Part shown: positions 1 to 12,600 of the stretch, one piece after another
How positions within the stretch are numbered: the stretch's first letter is position 1
Layout of the letters: each line of letters opens with the position of its first letter
NCBI GenBank assembly: GCA_002633005.1
Contig: NMRA01000001.1
Coordinates: 4,450,995 to 4,514,994, forward strand
DNA length: 64,000 nt
Source of the DNA: Phoronis australis
Taxonomy: Eukaryota; Animalia; Phoronida
Reading direction: 5' to 3'
The notes under the pieces: generated by a model
What the model was told of the DNA's origin: nothing
The model's input: only the letters and a program-made list of their open reading frames with translations
The model's database searches: none
Position numbers and translations under genes: made by a program

Positions 1-316
1 CTAGATTTGCTGACAAATTGTTGACTTGCTCATTCAGCCGCTGTATTTCTTTGTCTTTCTGGTTAAGGATGGACTCGTAGTAGGCCTTTATATCATCCAG
101 GGCAGGCTGGAATAGTTGCTCACGGAGTGTTTTAATAACTTGGGGCGAAGTCAGCGCTTTTTCGAGCTTTGCAATGTCCTCATTTGAGTCCGAATCACAC
201 AGGGGCGGGTCAAGCTGACGGAAGTCAAGGGTTGTTTGAGTAAGTTTTTTTGCTCTGTCGTTTAAGGATGCGCTATCTTTGCTTGCATACCTCTTTCTTG
301 GTTCGTCAGCACTCAT
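1..316 (-). mobile_element. N-terminus of a probable LINE (L2/CR1-type) ORF1, antisense in a POLA2 intron, running off the window edge
   Basis: ATG at 316 opens 105 stop-free codons to base 1 (MSADEPRKRYASK...ALDDIKAYYESILNQKDKEIQRLNEQVNNLSANL), ending in a coiled-coil-like heptad stretch. It is absent from the ORF track because it has no stop inside the window. The LINE ORF1 assignment is inferred from architecture only. Confidence 0.45.
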
Positions 317-1220
317 CGTGGGTGAAGTATAAGATAACGTAAGACTTAAATACAGAAAGTTAATTGAGAAATCTTCAGCACAATTTCAAACGCACATCTG
401 GCGGGAAACAGGTCACGTGGGCCAATGGGGTCAACGTCTCGTTAACCCCTGGTCGGACCTTTATGAAATTTGGTATAATGGTGCATGCCATTTTTTAATC
501 TGTCCTTTACCCCAGGACCAGAAGGGTGGAGCTTTTTAGTGTTTTGGGGGGGAAAAATGTTTCCTGATGACTTGACTCTGAGGTATGTGACAACAATGAC
601 TAGTCGATGTTGGGGCAGATTAAAGCACAGCAGTGCCTGGACAAGGGACTTTTTCACTACTTTTAGGGAGAAGCTAGTTTCTGAATGATTTATAGAGAAT
701 CAATTAGCAGATTTCAATTAATTATGACAGAAGTATGTGACAGCATTGTGCCATCCATTTTGGTCATAACAAGCTTTTTCAGTACTTTGGGGAGAAGAAC
801 GGTTCCGGATGACGTCTCGAAATCTGATGTGCCTTACTCTTTCTCAGTTTTGGCTATTGTACCTACCTATCAAATTGTTGTCTTGTACCTTCATGAAACT
901 AATAAGCATCCCCAGAAACATAGAAACATACTGTTTGCGATGTACTGTGGGTGCAAATCGATGCTTCGCATTGCTCTTTCTTAGTTTTTAATGCACGAGT
1001 TAGCTTACATAATTATGCTTCATAAATCCATGAACAGCATGGAGTTCATTGCTTCTCACTTATGTGATTCATCTTAGTATGAAGTTTGCGATTTTGACGA
1101 GACTTAATTATAATTAGCACTGTGTGAATTTAAGTAAGGGATCTGAGAATCAATGGTTGGTTTTTTGGTGAAGTGAGCATATCAGCGTTACAGATATGAC
1201 CTGGTGACTTTCTCATTTAG

Positions 1221-4200
1221 ATGTGTTGAACGTGCTGATCAGCTGTGGTCCCTACACAACATCAGACTCGCTGGTATATGAACCTCTGGAAGACTTGAAG
1301 AAGTGTATCAGGGCACAGAAACCCAACGTCTGCATTCTGGTGAGACAAATTTTCATGACGACAACTTTTTCTATTCACTGTATTTGGTACACGAGCGTTT
1401 TTCCTTTGATTGTTTTTATTGACTGCCCATTGTTTTACTTTTAGATGGGACCATTTGTTGATGCCGCCAATGAAAATTTTGAGGTATGTTGTCTCTTTTT
1501 GCATTTGACATTCCAGCTTTATGCGCTGCCTTCCAAAATGGCTGCCATCAGTGCCTCAGTGTGTCAGCTGTGTGTTTTATGGTGAAACAGCACTGCTGAT
1601 CTCTGATCAATTTTACCTCAGATCAATGTTTAACCGACTCTTGATGTGAATTATAAATGTTGAAATGTCTATTTAATATGTAATTTATAAATGTAAGTTG
1701 TAAAATATCAATGTTTAATTGTCACTTGAAATAAAAAAGTTTGACACTGTGAGTTTCCTGTAATTTTACAGAATGGGTACATTGAGGAAACATTTGAAGA
1801 TATATTTAAATCCCTAGTGTCGTCACTTGTTAAGGAAACAGCAAGGTAAAGATTTTATTGAAACAGTGGAGATCAACTACGTTAATTATGTAACTAATTG
1901 GACAATAGAGTCAGGAATCTACCAACACTTTCCGGCTTTATGACTCTTATGTCCATGTTTAACACACTGGTCACCTTATACAATCATGCGTCCATAAAAA
2001 TTGTCAACAATCAACTAATACTCCATCTATTGCTAGCTAAACTCTGCCATTCACCCATTACTCCTATTGGTGGCTGAATACTGTCACTCACTCAATACTC
2101 CATCTATTGGTAAATGAACACTGTCACTTAACAAATTTATGGCTGCCCATGTCTGTGTGGCACACACAATGATGTCTTGGATGCTGGTGGCTCATATCAG
2201 CAGCCAAATTATCAACTAAGCAACTCTCTGAAACTTTAAATCATCTGTTGCCAACATTTGGCTCAGTTCCTTCTGAGCGATGAGTTATTTCATGTAACAG
2301 AGGGGTTTTTCACAGAGAGTTGATGATGTAATCTTGTAAAAGTTTCTAGTTTTGTTGATTGCTATACCAAGGTTGTTGTTTTTATTGAAACACTGGTGTT
2401 GTTTCACTGTACAGTCATAGCTGAGCTGTGTTGTTTCACTGTACAGTCATAGCTTATCTGTGTTGTTTTTCTATATAGTCATAGCTGAGCTGTGTTGTTT
2501 CACTGTACAGTCATAGCTGAGCTGCTGTTAGAAATCAAATTGTGGACCTTGACTAATGCAGAGTTCGAATGAGAGGCAGATCGTACATGTCAGAAAATTT
2601 CACGTAAAAGTATTTGTCAGACTTTCAGTCTTCTTAACATAGGCTTCCAAATCTGCCCGTAGATATACTCTCTGACCATGAAAGGACTATATTACAGTGT
2701 TCTGACTTAGTGGTTAGATGCTGTTCATCCATGCTGTTTGCATACGATTACCCGGCCAGCAAATGTTTAAATTTCTCACAAGGATGCTATTGTGATTGCT
2801 GGCTGGTGTATCTGCTTTCTTATTCCAATGTAATATCTGCCTTCATTTAAAGATTCACTCATGACCACTGTATGTGATTATTGTTGTTCATATTGTGAAC
2901 CCTCACAGTGACAATCCACTCGCTTGACAGGTTTTCTACTCAACTCATCTTGGTCCCTTCTCAGAGAGACTTACATCACGAATGCGTCTACCCTCAGCCA
3001 CCGTACTCTATGGAGAAAATGGAGGTGAGTGCCAGGCGAGGAGGGGTACACTTGACCCTCATCGCACATGTTAATTTCAACTATTGTAATGATGCCATTC
3101 TATGCTACTGTATTACTTTTGCTTTTGCTTTTGAGCTTTAAAATGAACGGTAGATGAACACTGTAATCATGTTATTCTCGCTGACAATTGAGCAGGAGAT
3201 GAACATGATAATTATGTTACTGTTACTAGGACTGTCAAATGAGCAATAGATGAACACTGTAATCAAATGAGCAATAGATGAACACTGTAATCATGTTATT
3301 CTTGCTGACAATTGAGCGGGAGATGAACATGATAATTATGTTACTAGGACTATCAAATGAGCAATAGATGAACACTGTAATCATGTTATTCTTGCTGACA
3401 AATGAGGGAGAGATGAACATGATAATTATGTTACTAGGACTGTCAAATGAGCAGTAGATGAACATTGTAATTGTGTTATTCTGACACACGAACAGAAGAT
3501 GCTAACTATAATAATTTTACTTGTTGACTGACAAATGAACAGTAGATGATCACTGTAATTATATTACTCTGGCCGTCAAATGACCAGTAGATGAACACAA
3601 GTATATTACTCATCCAGATAATGTCGAGGATCATTGAATCGGTGAACTAAAAATCATATATTGGGCATTCAGCCTGGTATGGCCATCTAACAACAAAATG
3701 TTTTGGAAGTGGGGACTGTACATTTACTTGAATGGTGGATTTCTTCTCTCGAATGCCTTAATCAATTTTACTCACAACTTTGATAATATTAGAACGTGCA
3801 TGAGCCAAAAGAACCATTTGATGACTCCTTCGGTAAATATTGAGTATTTTTCCGCTCAAGTAAGGTATATGGTGGAGCTGAAACTGAACATTTTGGGAGC
3901 TAAAATTCTTGTGAGACGGACGTTCACGAAGACACTGGCGAAAGGAAGTCTCGTTTGCATAAATTGGGGTTTAGTGTAAAGCATGGTTGGTTAAAAGTAG
4001 ACATTCAGTATGAATATATTAAGCCACCCATGGGTGTTAAGTGTGCTGAGCACGGTGGTAGATGAACAGTGTAATGTTACTCTGTTGAATAAACAATAAA
4101 TGAACAGTTTAATTTGGCACTTTGCTGTGGAGCACAGCTTGCTGTGTACTGACGCAGCCTGTGTGTGTAGAAAATTAACCATTTTCTGGTCACCATATTT

Positions 4201-5487
4201 CAAGTCAAGTATTAAAATATGTTATTCAATGTTCTGTCTCTAGAGAGTACATCTGATGATGGATCCATGTGTCCTTGACATTGATGGCGTGGTCTTTGGG
4301 CTGACATCAACGGACATCTTATTTCAACTTGGCTGTGAGGAAATCAGCAAGTAAGTATTGTGTTGGCTTTTTGGTTTGTTTTTGTGAATATAACTATTCA
4401 AATATTGCAATGGTGAGATGATTGACAAAAGACATCACTTTCATCTGTGATTTTGCCCTGTTCATCTGTGATTTTGCCTTGCTCATCTGTGATTTTGCCA
4501 TGTTGATCTGTCAGTCTCCTTGTTCATCTGCCGTGTTGCCTTGTTTATCTGCCATGTTGCGGTGTTCATCTGCCATGTTGCTGTGCTGCCATGTTCATCT
4601 TCCATGTTACCATGTTCATCTGTCATGTTGCTATTTTCATCTGCCATGTTGCTGTGATCATATGCCATGTTCATCCGCCATGTTGCCATATTCATCTGCC
4701 ATGTTACCATACTCATCTGCCACGTTGTGCTCATTTGCCATGTTACCATATGCATCCGCCATGTTCATCTGCCATGTTTCCATGCTCATATGTCATGTTG
4801 CCTTTTTTTGCAGTTTCCCTCCTGGCTCGTCTGACCGCATGGCTCGCCTTATTCACCACTTGCTGTGTCAGAGGTCATTCTACCCCCTCTATCCTCCATC
4901 CCTGGACATCTGTCTTGATTATGAAATGTTGGACAAATATGGCCGACTGAATGTAACACCTCATGTGCTGGTCACACCCTCCGACTTGAAACAGTTCATT
5001 AAGGTATGTTCGTGTTAACTTCTTCAGTTTAAAACCCAGACTACATGACTTGTTGATACTGGACTCCACAGGTGACCAGTTGCTCAGGATAGTCTTCGGA
5101 GTGTGCCCAGCGTCACTGGTGCAAAAATAACTTCATTGACGTACCGTGATTGCTTGACTCAGGCCAACAGGCCCATTAAAATTGGAAGCAAAAAAGAACA
5201 AAACTTAAAATGGTCTGTAGGTCCGCCAAATTGCTCCACAGACTTGAGGCTGTTTGGATCAATTCACCCATTCCCACATTTCGCTAACATGATCCCTGGT
5301 TGTTACTGTTTCATATTAGACTGTGCATTTAATGTTGTAGGAGGTAGATGGATGTTGCTGTGTTAATCCAGGCAAGCTGACTAAAGGCCTTAGTGGTGGA
5401 TCATACTGCCGTCTGGTGGTGAGGCCGGGATCTAAGGAGCGTCTATCACCATCTACACAGCTTGCTGCCCAAGTACTCAAAATATAA
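1221..5487 (+). CDS. POLA2: DNA polymerase alpha subunit B (p68), last 7 exons; 5' part lies upstream of the window
   Basis: Exons 1221-1339, 1445-1483, 1772-1845, 2931-3024, 4244-4350, 4814-5003 and 5341-5487 (TAA), all AG/GT bounded with consistent phases. Peptides CGPYTTSDSL, GPFVDA, LVPSQRDLHH..VYPQPP, GLTSTDIL, QRSFYPLYPP, TPHVLVTPSDLKQFIK and CVNPGKLTKG..GGSY are typical of the POLA2 phosphoesterase-like domain. Confidence 0.95.
2395..2525. repeat. Intronic tandem repeat, ~33 bp x4
   Basis: Unit TGTGTTGTTTCACTGTACAGTCATAGCTGAGC repeated in a POLA2 intron. Confidence 0.85.
3140..3600. repeat. Degenerate intronic tandem repeat
   Basis: Recurring AAATGA(G/A)CA(A/G)TAGATGAACACTGTAATCATGTTATT blocks. 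Confidence 0.8.
4440..4800. repeat. ~21-bp minisatellite ending just before a POLA2 acceptor
   Basis: Repeated GTTCATCTGCCATGTTGC-like units. These generate the spurious low-complexity ORFs 4422-5018, 4483-4755 and 4591-4950. Confidence 0.9.
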
Positions 5488-6797
5488 CTGTAGATATTCA
5501 TGTCAGCAGTAATTTGTTGTAATAGGAAGGCAAACTGCCAGTTGAGAGAAGAAACATTGACCACACTAAATAGACCACTTGCGTGTTTCCAAACTCATGA
5601 GAAAATTTCCATCTTACAGCATAGCCTTGCCTTAGGTCTCTAGCTTTGTGCATGGAAAACCAGAGCAAGATCTTACAAAGCTTAGGCAAATTCATGCTTT
5701 GCAGTAACAGCACCATGACACCTAGGAAAATGGGTTGAAGATTTTTCTGGTTTCTTACTTTGCAAAAGCTCTATTCTTCGAGCTGCGAAACGTCATGGTG
5801 CATGACTATTTTTATGGTCAGTCAGAGAAAACTGGATTTGGTTTGGAACGTAATTTGATAAACGATAGCATGTACTATGTTACTTTCCAACAATCTCATT
5901 CTGAGGTTGCACAGCTGTGACTACTTAGAGGTAAGGTTTTCTAAGCTTGGAATTCAACATTGAGCAGGCCCAACAGGCCTTTACTCCAGATAAGCAGGAA
6001 CTAACTGGGTGATGGTTAATATAGAGGCACGGAAGTTCTGTCTTGGAATCAAACTAGTGACTGCTCCATTGAGCTCAACTAAACTTTGTCAAATTCACCA
6101 AGTGGCTAATGCCTAATTGTCATGAATTTCCCATTGACTGCATTCTTTAGTTATATAAGGCTATTCTGCCAATGAAAATTGTCATTTTTCACAATATTTT
6201 TGGTATATGAAGTAATACAGTGTTGCTTTTGAACAAATTCGTACTAGATATGAATTTGGTGAAGGTTATTCAGTCGCAACTTTCTGGCTCTTAAAAGTCC
6301 TATGAAAATCAACCTGGTAGTTTTATAGAAAGCCACATGGTAGTCCTGTGGAAATCCTGATAGATATTGAAAGAGTTAAGGTGACTAGTTTTCGATTTTC
6401 TTTTCAAATGCCTCAGTATAAGAAGAAAATAATGTCAGAATGAGATAAACTATATTTATAGTACAGAAATGAAAGAATTTATTATGCGAGTGTATGTTTG
6501 AATTAAGTTCTGTTTAAATGTCGTATCTTGGTGTTTACCACAAACCAATAAAACTTGTATGATGTCAGAGCTCTTCAATTCCATATTCACTTCACATTGC
6601 TAGTCACACTGTTGCCCATGACATTTCTGTGTCCCAGCTTTAGGCCTGTCAAACATCCTCGAATGTGTAATGCAAGTATAGGGACATGATGTAACACTTC
6701 ACTGGCCAGGTCAGATACTCCTGAACAACCGCCATTCGTACCCAGATTTGGACAACTCCTCAGTGTGTCCTCAGCTGCTCTGGTGTTGCATTTGCCC

Positions 6798-7583
6798 TTA
6801 TTTTTCGTCCATTGGGATGTTTGTAGGAGGTGTGACCCACGGAAGCCAACACCTCCACTTGTAAGGCACATTATAGTGGAGCGAGTGAGGATATCTGTGG
6901 TTAAGCAGTGCCTCTTCGCGATTAGGAACTTTAACCTTTTGTCCGAGGAATTCTTTTGTTTTTAGAGGTATGATTGTGAAGTATGGCACCTGATCTTGCG
7001 ACGAAGCTAACCTTTCCACCGTGCTAAACAGATCTGTTTCGTGTTGTGCCACGTGCAGGCACAAGCTAAGCGTACTCGATCTACACACCTTCCACCTATA
7101 GAGGTCACTAGTTAATCTGTACGTCTTTCCGTACGTCCTAATCTCAAATTGAACTTGCATCACGTTTCCCGTCATTCCAAAATCAGCGAGACGCTTTGAA
7201 AATGCGTTATTGAATTTCATTTCTCCCATAGGCCCATATTCAGTCACTATGAGACGACTTATGTCTACATCGCCATCGTGCGCAATGACGTCACCGTCTC
7301 TCCAGAACCCTAGCAGAGTACCAAAGTCAATCCAATAGGTTTGATTGAACTCTTCAAATATTCCCGTTACCGTTCTAATCATATGACGGTAGCCCTCAAG
7401 TTCAATGTTGTCCAGGTAACAGTCGTCGTTATAGTAACCCATTATATTTGGGAGTATGATAAGATGAAGTGTCAGTAAGATACCAAGAATTATCAGTATT
7501 AGTTTTGTCCGGCGTTTCTGTCTTCGAAATAAACGGCGCGACGTTACAAGTAGTTTACACAGCGCGCCAACAATCTGTTCCAT
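6798..7583 (-). CDS. LicD/fukutin-FKRP family nucleotidyltransferase, type II membrane protein, 261 aa, uninterrupted CDS
   Basis: Basic tail RRLFRRQKRRTK then hydrophobic anchor LILIILGILLTLHLIILP. LicD signature YWIDFGTLLGFWRDGDVIAHDGDVDI (cf. GTLLGAxR...WDxDxD). C-terminal LicD-type segment FLGQKVKVPNREEALLNHRY. Confidence 0.88.
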   Translation of the reverse strand: MEQIVGALCKLLVTSRRLFRRQKRRTKLILIILGILLTLHLIILPNIMGYYNDDCYLDNIELEGYRHMIRTVTGIFEEFNQTYWIDFGTLLGFWRDGDVIAHDGDVDISRLIVTEYGPMGEMKFNNAFSKRLADFGMTGNVMQVQFEIRTYGKTYRLTSDLYRWKVCRSSTLSLCLHVAQHETDLFSTVERLASSQDQVPYFTIIPLKTKEFLGQKVKVPNREEALLNHRYPHSLHYNVPYKWRCWLPWVTPPTNIPMDEK

Positions 7584-9646
7584 TTGCTTGACTTCTCATT
7601 ATCTGTAGTCAGGAAGCCCGGTTAGGCCCTGAAATATATACGACCATCTATGAGAGCAATTATTGTTCACTAGGAAACAAATGAAATGTTCGTGCGATTT
7701 GTGAATGTTAGCAGCAATTTTCCGTGGTAGTTTAATACCCTATACCAGCTTAAGCGGATTCGTGCGTTTTCAGAATCCTCCCAGTAGTACACTCGGTGTA
7801 ATAACTCGATATTTGTTGCGAAAACGAAGAGAAAATAATATAACCGTGAACCTTGGATCGGATTATCCGTCGTCAGATGAGAGAAGAATCTAAAACAACT
7901 GGCGCGATAATCGTAAGGTACTGAAAGGATTTTTTGTTCATTTATGTGGAAGCAACAAGCGGTAAATGTGGTTATATATGAGATTACTATTGACAGACTA
8001 ATTACTACCTGAAATACATTGTGTAAGACCACTGGGTCCATTTGTGTTCACTGGTGAACGAGTGACAGCCTCAGGTATTTGTGAGAGCATTACTGCACTG
8101 GTTGTTCACGCCGGGGGAGACAAAAAGTAGGCCTAATTGTGACTACTTTCTATGAAAACGGCCTGATTTGATACCATGGTCCGGTACTCGACTATATGTT
8201 TTGGTAGGGGTGCCACTGGAATGACTAAAACTGAACCCACCTGTTTAGAGCCTGGGGAGGAGGAATTCTGTGCGCCAACATTCGGGCCCCGAACAGCCAA
8301 ATCCAGATACGCCTATGAGTGAAGGAGTACCCCGGGTTGACCGCACTTTTTCTCCCGGACACTGAGATATACCGACCCGAACGCGTGAGCCAAAAGTGGT
8401 GCATATATCAATTTGCCCTTTGTGAACACGAATTGAAGAAGTGATGAACCCATTTTGTACTCTGTGTCACACGTCACGTAATTGTATAGTTCACCTCAGT
8501 ACAATCACTTTACTCGTGTCAGCGCGTGTCTTGGTGTGTACTCACCTTTTGGTTTGCCGAGTCGACAGGAGGTTCATGTGCGCGATATACTGAAGGACCA
8601 TCTCCTGGGGTATGTTGCCATGAGCTCTATAAAGCATTGTACCTACAACCCACTTTCATATTCCGTAATTTGGTGAGCTATGGCAGCAACTGAAGAACTT
8701 GTTGGATATACGGCTATAGCTGATTGATCACACACCAGGCCTGCCGCACAGGCTTATCACTGACGTTCTGTCACCGCACCATCTTCGTTTACTGGGCAAA
8801 CCCCTCCCCCATGCAATGTTTGCTGATCAGCTGAACACTATTTACCTAGCTCTTCGGAATATTCATAGGGCAGGTATTCTTCAAGTAAAATAAATCTTGT
8901 CAATAAACTCTAGTATGCTTACCGACGTTCTGTAGAGAACTCTTTACCCGAATAATACGCGTAGATGAGTCTGAAAACATTGTTAGTCCAACTGATGTAA
9001 TCCGCTGACACATGCTTTATCAAAGCAACGAAACGACGAATTAACGGATATGGCTTCAGGTTAAAGTACTATCGAGTACCCCTGGATTACAGCGATGGGT
9101 TGTTTGTACCTCGCTGATCAGCGCTGCTCATTAGAGTTTATGGTTTCGGACAACGTGTTGTACCCGATTACTGATTAAAAGCTAACCTGAATAAGTGTTC
9201 ACTACGTTTGCCTATTTACTTAGATTATACAACGTGCACGCTATGTCTTATGACGATGTCGAAGTCCAATCTGATAGCCCAAGTCCAGGCTACCGGAACA
9301 ACACGGCTTGTAAAGGCTCCCCACGGCGGGTGTGCCTGTGAACTCGGCTCACTCACTCACAAGCAGATCCCTGCATTCGAAGAGTTCGTAGGCCATGTTA
9401 CTGGAACTGCGTTTGTGGTCCAGGAGCCATGCTTTTGGCGCACGTGCGTAAGGCGACGTGTTTTGTGAGTACGGGACCCGTGTTTGTGAGCCGGTGGACT
9501 GAGTTTATAGGTCCGTGAGTCGTTTCATGATTGCTTGAGCCGTGTTGTTCGGGTAGCCTACAGTCAGGTGATAATTGCGTTTAGTGTCTCCCGAAAACGC
9601 ACCGTCACTGAAGAGACGCCCCCATTCTTGCGATAGTCCGTCCAAG

Positions 9647-12600
9647 ATGAAAGTCGCAATCGTCTTTTTGGCAGTCATCGTGGCCGTCTACTCTCAGACT
9701 CCCAAGAGATGTAGTAAGTTAAAATCGTTGCAAACCATGCACAGCGTTTCATTCAAACTTGTGACGCCCATTCTTTCATAACCTTCCAGAATAATAGCCT
9801 CGTAGGCTATATATGTTTTATAATGGCGATCAAATGCAAGCAGGTAGGACGGTCATACGGTGGACTGTCCTGGCTGCTACACCGACATGGTTCTACTGCC
9901 ATCGTACGATTTGCCATCTACTACTGACTGTAATCATACGTTGCGCATCATTCTCCATCCTGGACTACTAGAACCAAGAAATTTCCAACATCACGATCCA
10001 ATCTAGCATCAAGTTCGATTGACGTTGGAAAACAAACCATTTGCTGTGGTAGTAAGCGGGTCAGAGCTTACAATCACACAAAGGAAAATCAGCAGAGTTA
10101 AGTCTCATTTGTCTGATTTATTTAGTGATAGTATTTCATACAAAACACATCTTCATGACATTTGTTGAACGTTGTTTAAATTGGAAATGGTATTTTTAAA
10201 TATCGGTAGCGTCAGGCACGCTGTTCACAACATACTTGTTGGATCCGTGACGTTATCAGATGAAAGCAGACAACCAGAGAAATGGAGTATGTAAAGCATT
10301 GATTTGCCGACTAGTTCTTTGCTCCAACACTAACTATGAACGCTACTTCATCCGTTCGCCATGTAGTGTAACTGTTTTTAACCTTCAGGTGTCAATGCGG
10401 CATCCTAAAGTTATTGGCATTTCGACCACGACTGCGGCTGCCACCATGCGTGATTGAGCATTAACTGAATACCTTTATTCCAGAGGCGCCGCCACTTTGG
10501 GAGGCTAGAGAGATGGTGGTGAGTAAAGAGCACATTTATAGATATACCAGCGGACTCTGGTCACCAGTGATAGAACCACGTATGAACAGAAAGACATGTC
10601 TTGCCTGAAATGAATTATCGCACATTTATAAGTACTTATGACTAGGTGGTTTGCTGCAGCGATAGAACTCAGGGGCGGATCCATGATTTTGAGTTAGGTG
10701 AGCCAGGACTCAGGAATAACCAGAATTTCGCCACATGCGAGCCCCCAGCCTAAAATGTAGGGACGCATGGGTCTCGAATTTTTGGGTTTGTGGACCTTAT
10801 TACTAAAAAAGGGTAAACGGGTTTTGTTCAAGGCCTGTGCACTGTGCATTCACCCCCCCGAGCCCCCATGGGTGCGCGCATATGCTAGTCAGCGATTCGC
10901 ACCCCGACTGCCAAATGGTATCTGGGAGCATTTTAGGAGGGGCCATGGCCCCCTTGCCCCCCTAAATCTGCCACTGGAACTATATATTAAGAACAGAAGG
11001 ACGTGTCTTTCTGATATGAATTGGTGCACGTGCCTATGCAGTGATAGAACTGCTAAATATGAATAGACAAACCAGATGGACAAGTCTTCGTGATATGAGT
11101 TGGTGCACGTTTATTTATACTTGGCTAGCTGGTCAGTTACCGTGACAGAACTACATAGTTTACAGATTTCTAACTTGCCTCTAGTGGTCAGAAATGTCCT
11201 ATAATGATAGACTTCAATAAAGCGTAGGCCTACTTAACTGAGCTGAGTTCTGTAGGCGCAAGAATCTCGCAAGTAAAGTTGCTGTGATTGCGTGCTGCGC
11301 TTACGTGGCATCGCTATATCTCGCATTGCGTGATTTTGCATTTTTGCGAGGTTCTCGCGCCAGTACGGAACGCATACCTGATTCAGACTCAGCCCCCAGG
11401 GAGCACTCATCTTTTTAGTATGGGCGGGGGGGGGTGTCGCTGGGTTTCCAGTGCTGTGGCGATATTTACACCAAATTTAAGCCTAATTGAAAATATGCAA
11501 CCCATGCTTGTACCTATAGCTGTGTCTCATTTCTGTACCCATTGAAAGAGGGCTTTTAAAAATATGTGATCCATATTGACCTCGTCTGTTAGCCGTGCTA
11601 GCTGGATTTGCGTGGTGACTTTAGTCAATCTCAAACCTTATTTAGTGGTCTTCATTCTAACTCGTTTATCAGAAAACTAGGCTTTGTCAACTAGTAAAAG
11701 TATATATTTTATGAAAAAAGATCCGGGAATGCAAAAGTATGTTTAAATTCACGTGTCATTATTAATATGACGTTAACACCTTTTTAAGTAAAAATTTCAT
11801 GTTTAAGAAAGGTACACAAAATAACCCGTCGGACGATTTTAATTAGAAACCTTTTTTTAAATGTGAACTTCACCAGTTACCTCAAAAACGCTGTGAGGAT
11901 TTTTCGACTACTATTTTCGTTTGATTTCTATGACAAATCAACTCGCTAAACGTAAGGTATTTTTGTAAAAAATAGAAGTCGTATTCGTCAATTGTTACTA
12001 GGCTTAGTATATCGAAAATCCTAATTGAGCTTTTGAGATTGATGAATAAACATCAAGTTCGAAAAGTTACAGTGATATCCACCAAGCCGTTTTCGAGAAC
12101 TCATGTTCTTAAGTTCAAAAAAAGTCGATTTGCTGAAGCCGAGAAAAAGCCAATTATGTGGCGACACGTGAAAATCTCAAGGCGTTCGATTTATTATCAC
12201 ATACACGCTGAATCAGTTGAGTGCAATATGGCCTTGTGATATTGTTTTCCGTATTACCCTCCCGCACTACTTCAACAGTGCCCTCTCACATGGAAAGTTC
12301 GAAAGGTAGGTCAATGTCAAACTCGACGTCTTTAGCCAGTTCGATCGTCAAGCTTTCCCAAAACAGTTATTAAAGTAATAGAATTTCAGCAGTATATATA
12401 TGACACTTCTGTCTCAGTTTTCAAGGTGGTTCTGCTATTTTTTGTCGCTACTAAAGTATTTCGTATCTGAAGTTCCCCGAGAATGAAGATAAGGTATTTT
12501 GCTTGACATATGTGAAATATTGTAAAAATGGCCAATTTTTGTGAATGAGGTTTGAGATATCCCTAATTTGTTAAAATCATGCACGTTGCATAGAATTGTC

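Noticed and set aside
4422-4813. Cys/Met-rich repetitive N-terminus of ORF 4422-5018 and overlapping ORFs
   Set aside because: Read-through of an intronic minisatellite; only 4814-5003 is a POLA2 exon.
6798-7583. Recent bacterial horizontal transfer of licD
   Set aside because: The type II Golgi-style anchor, a candidate UTR splice acceptor at 7603 and the known single-coding-exon layout of animal FKRP make a native origin simpler; only a phylogeny could decide.
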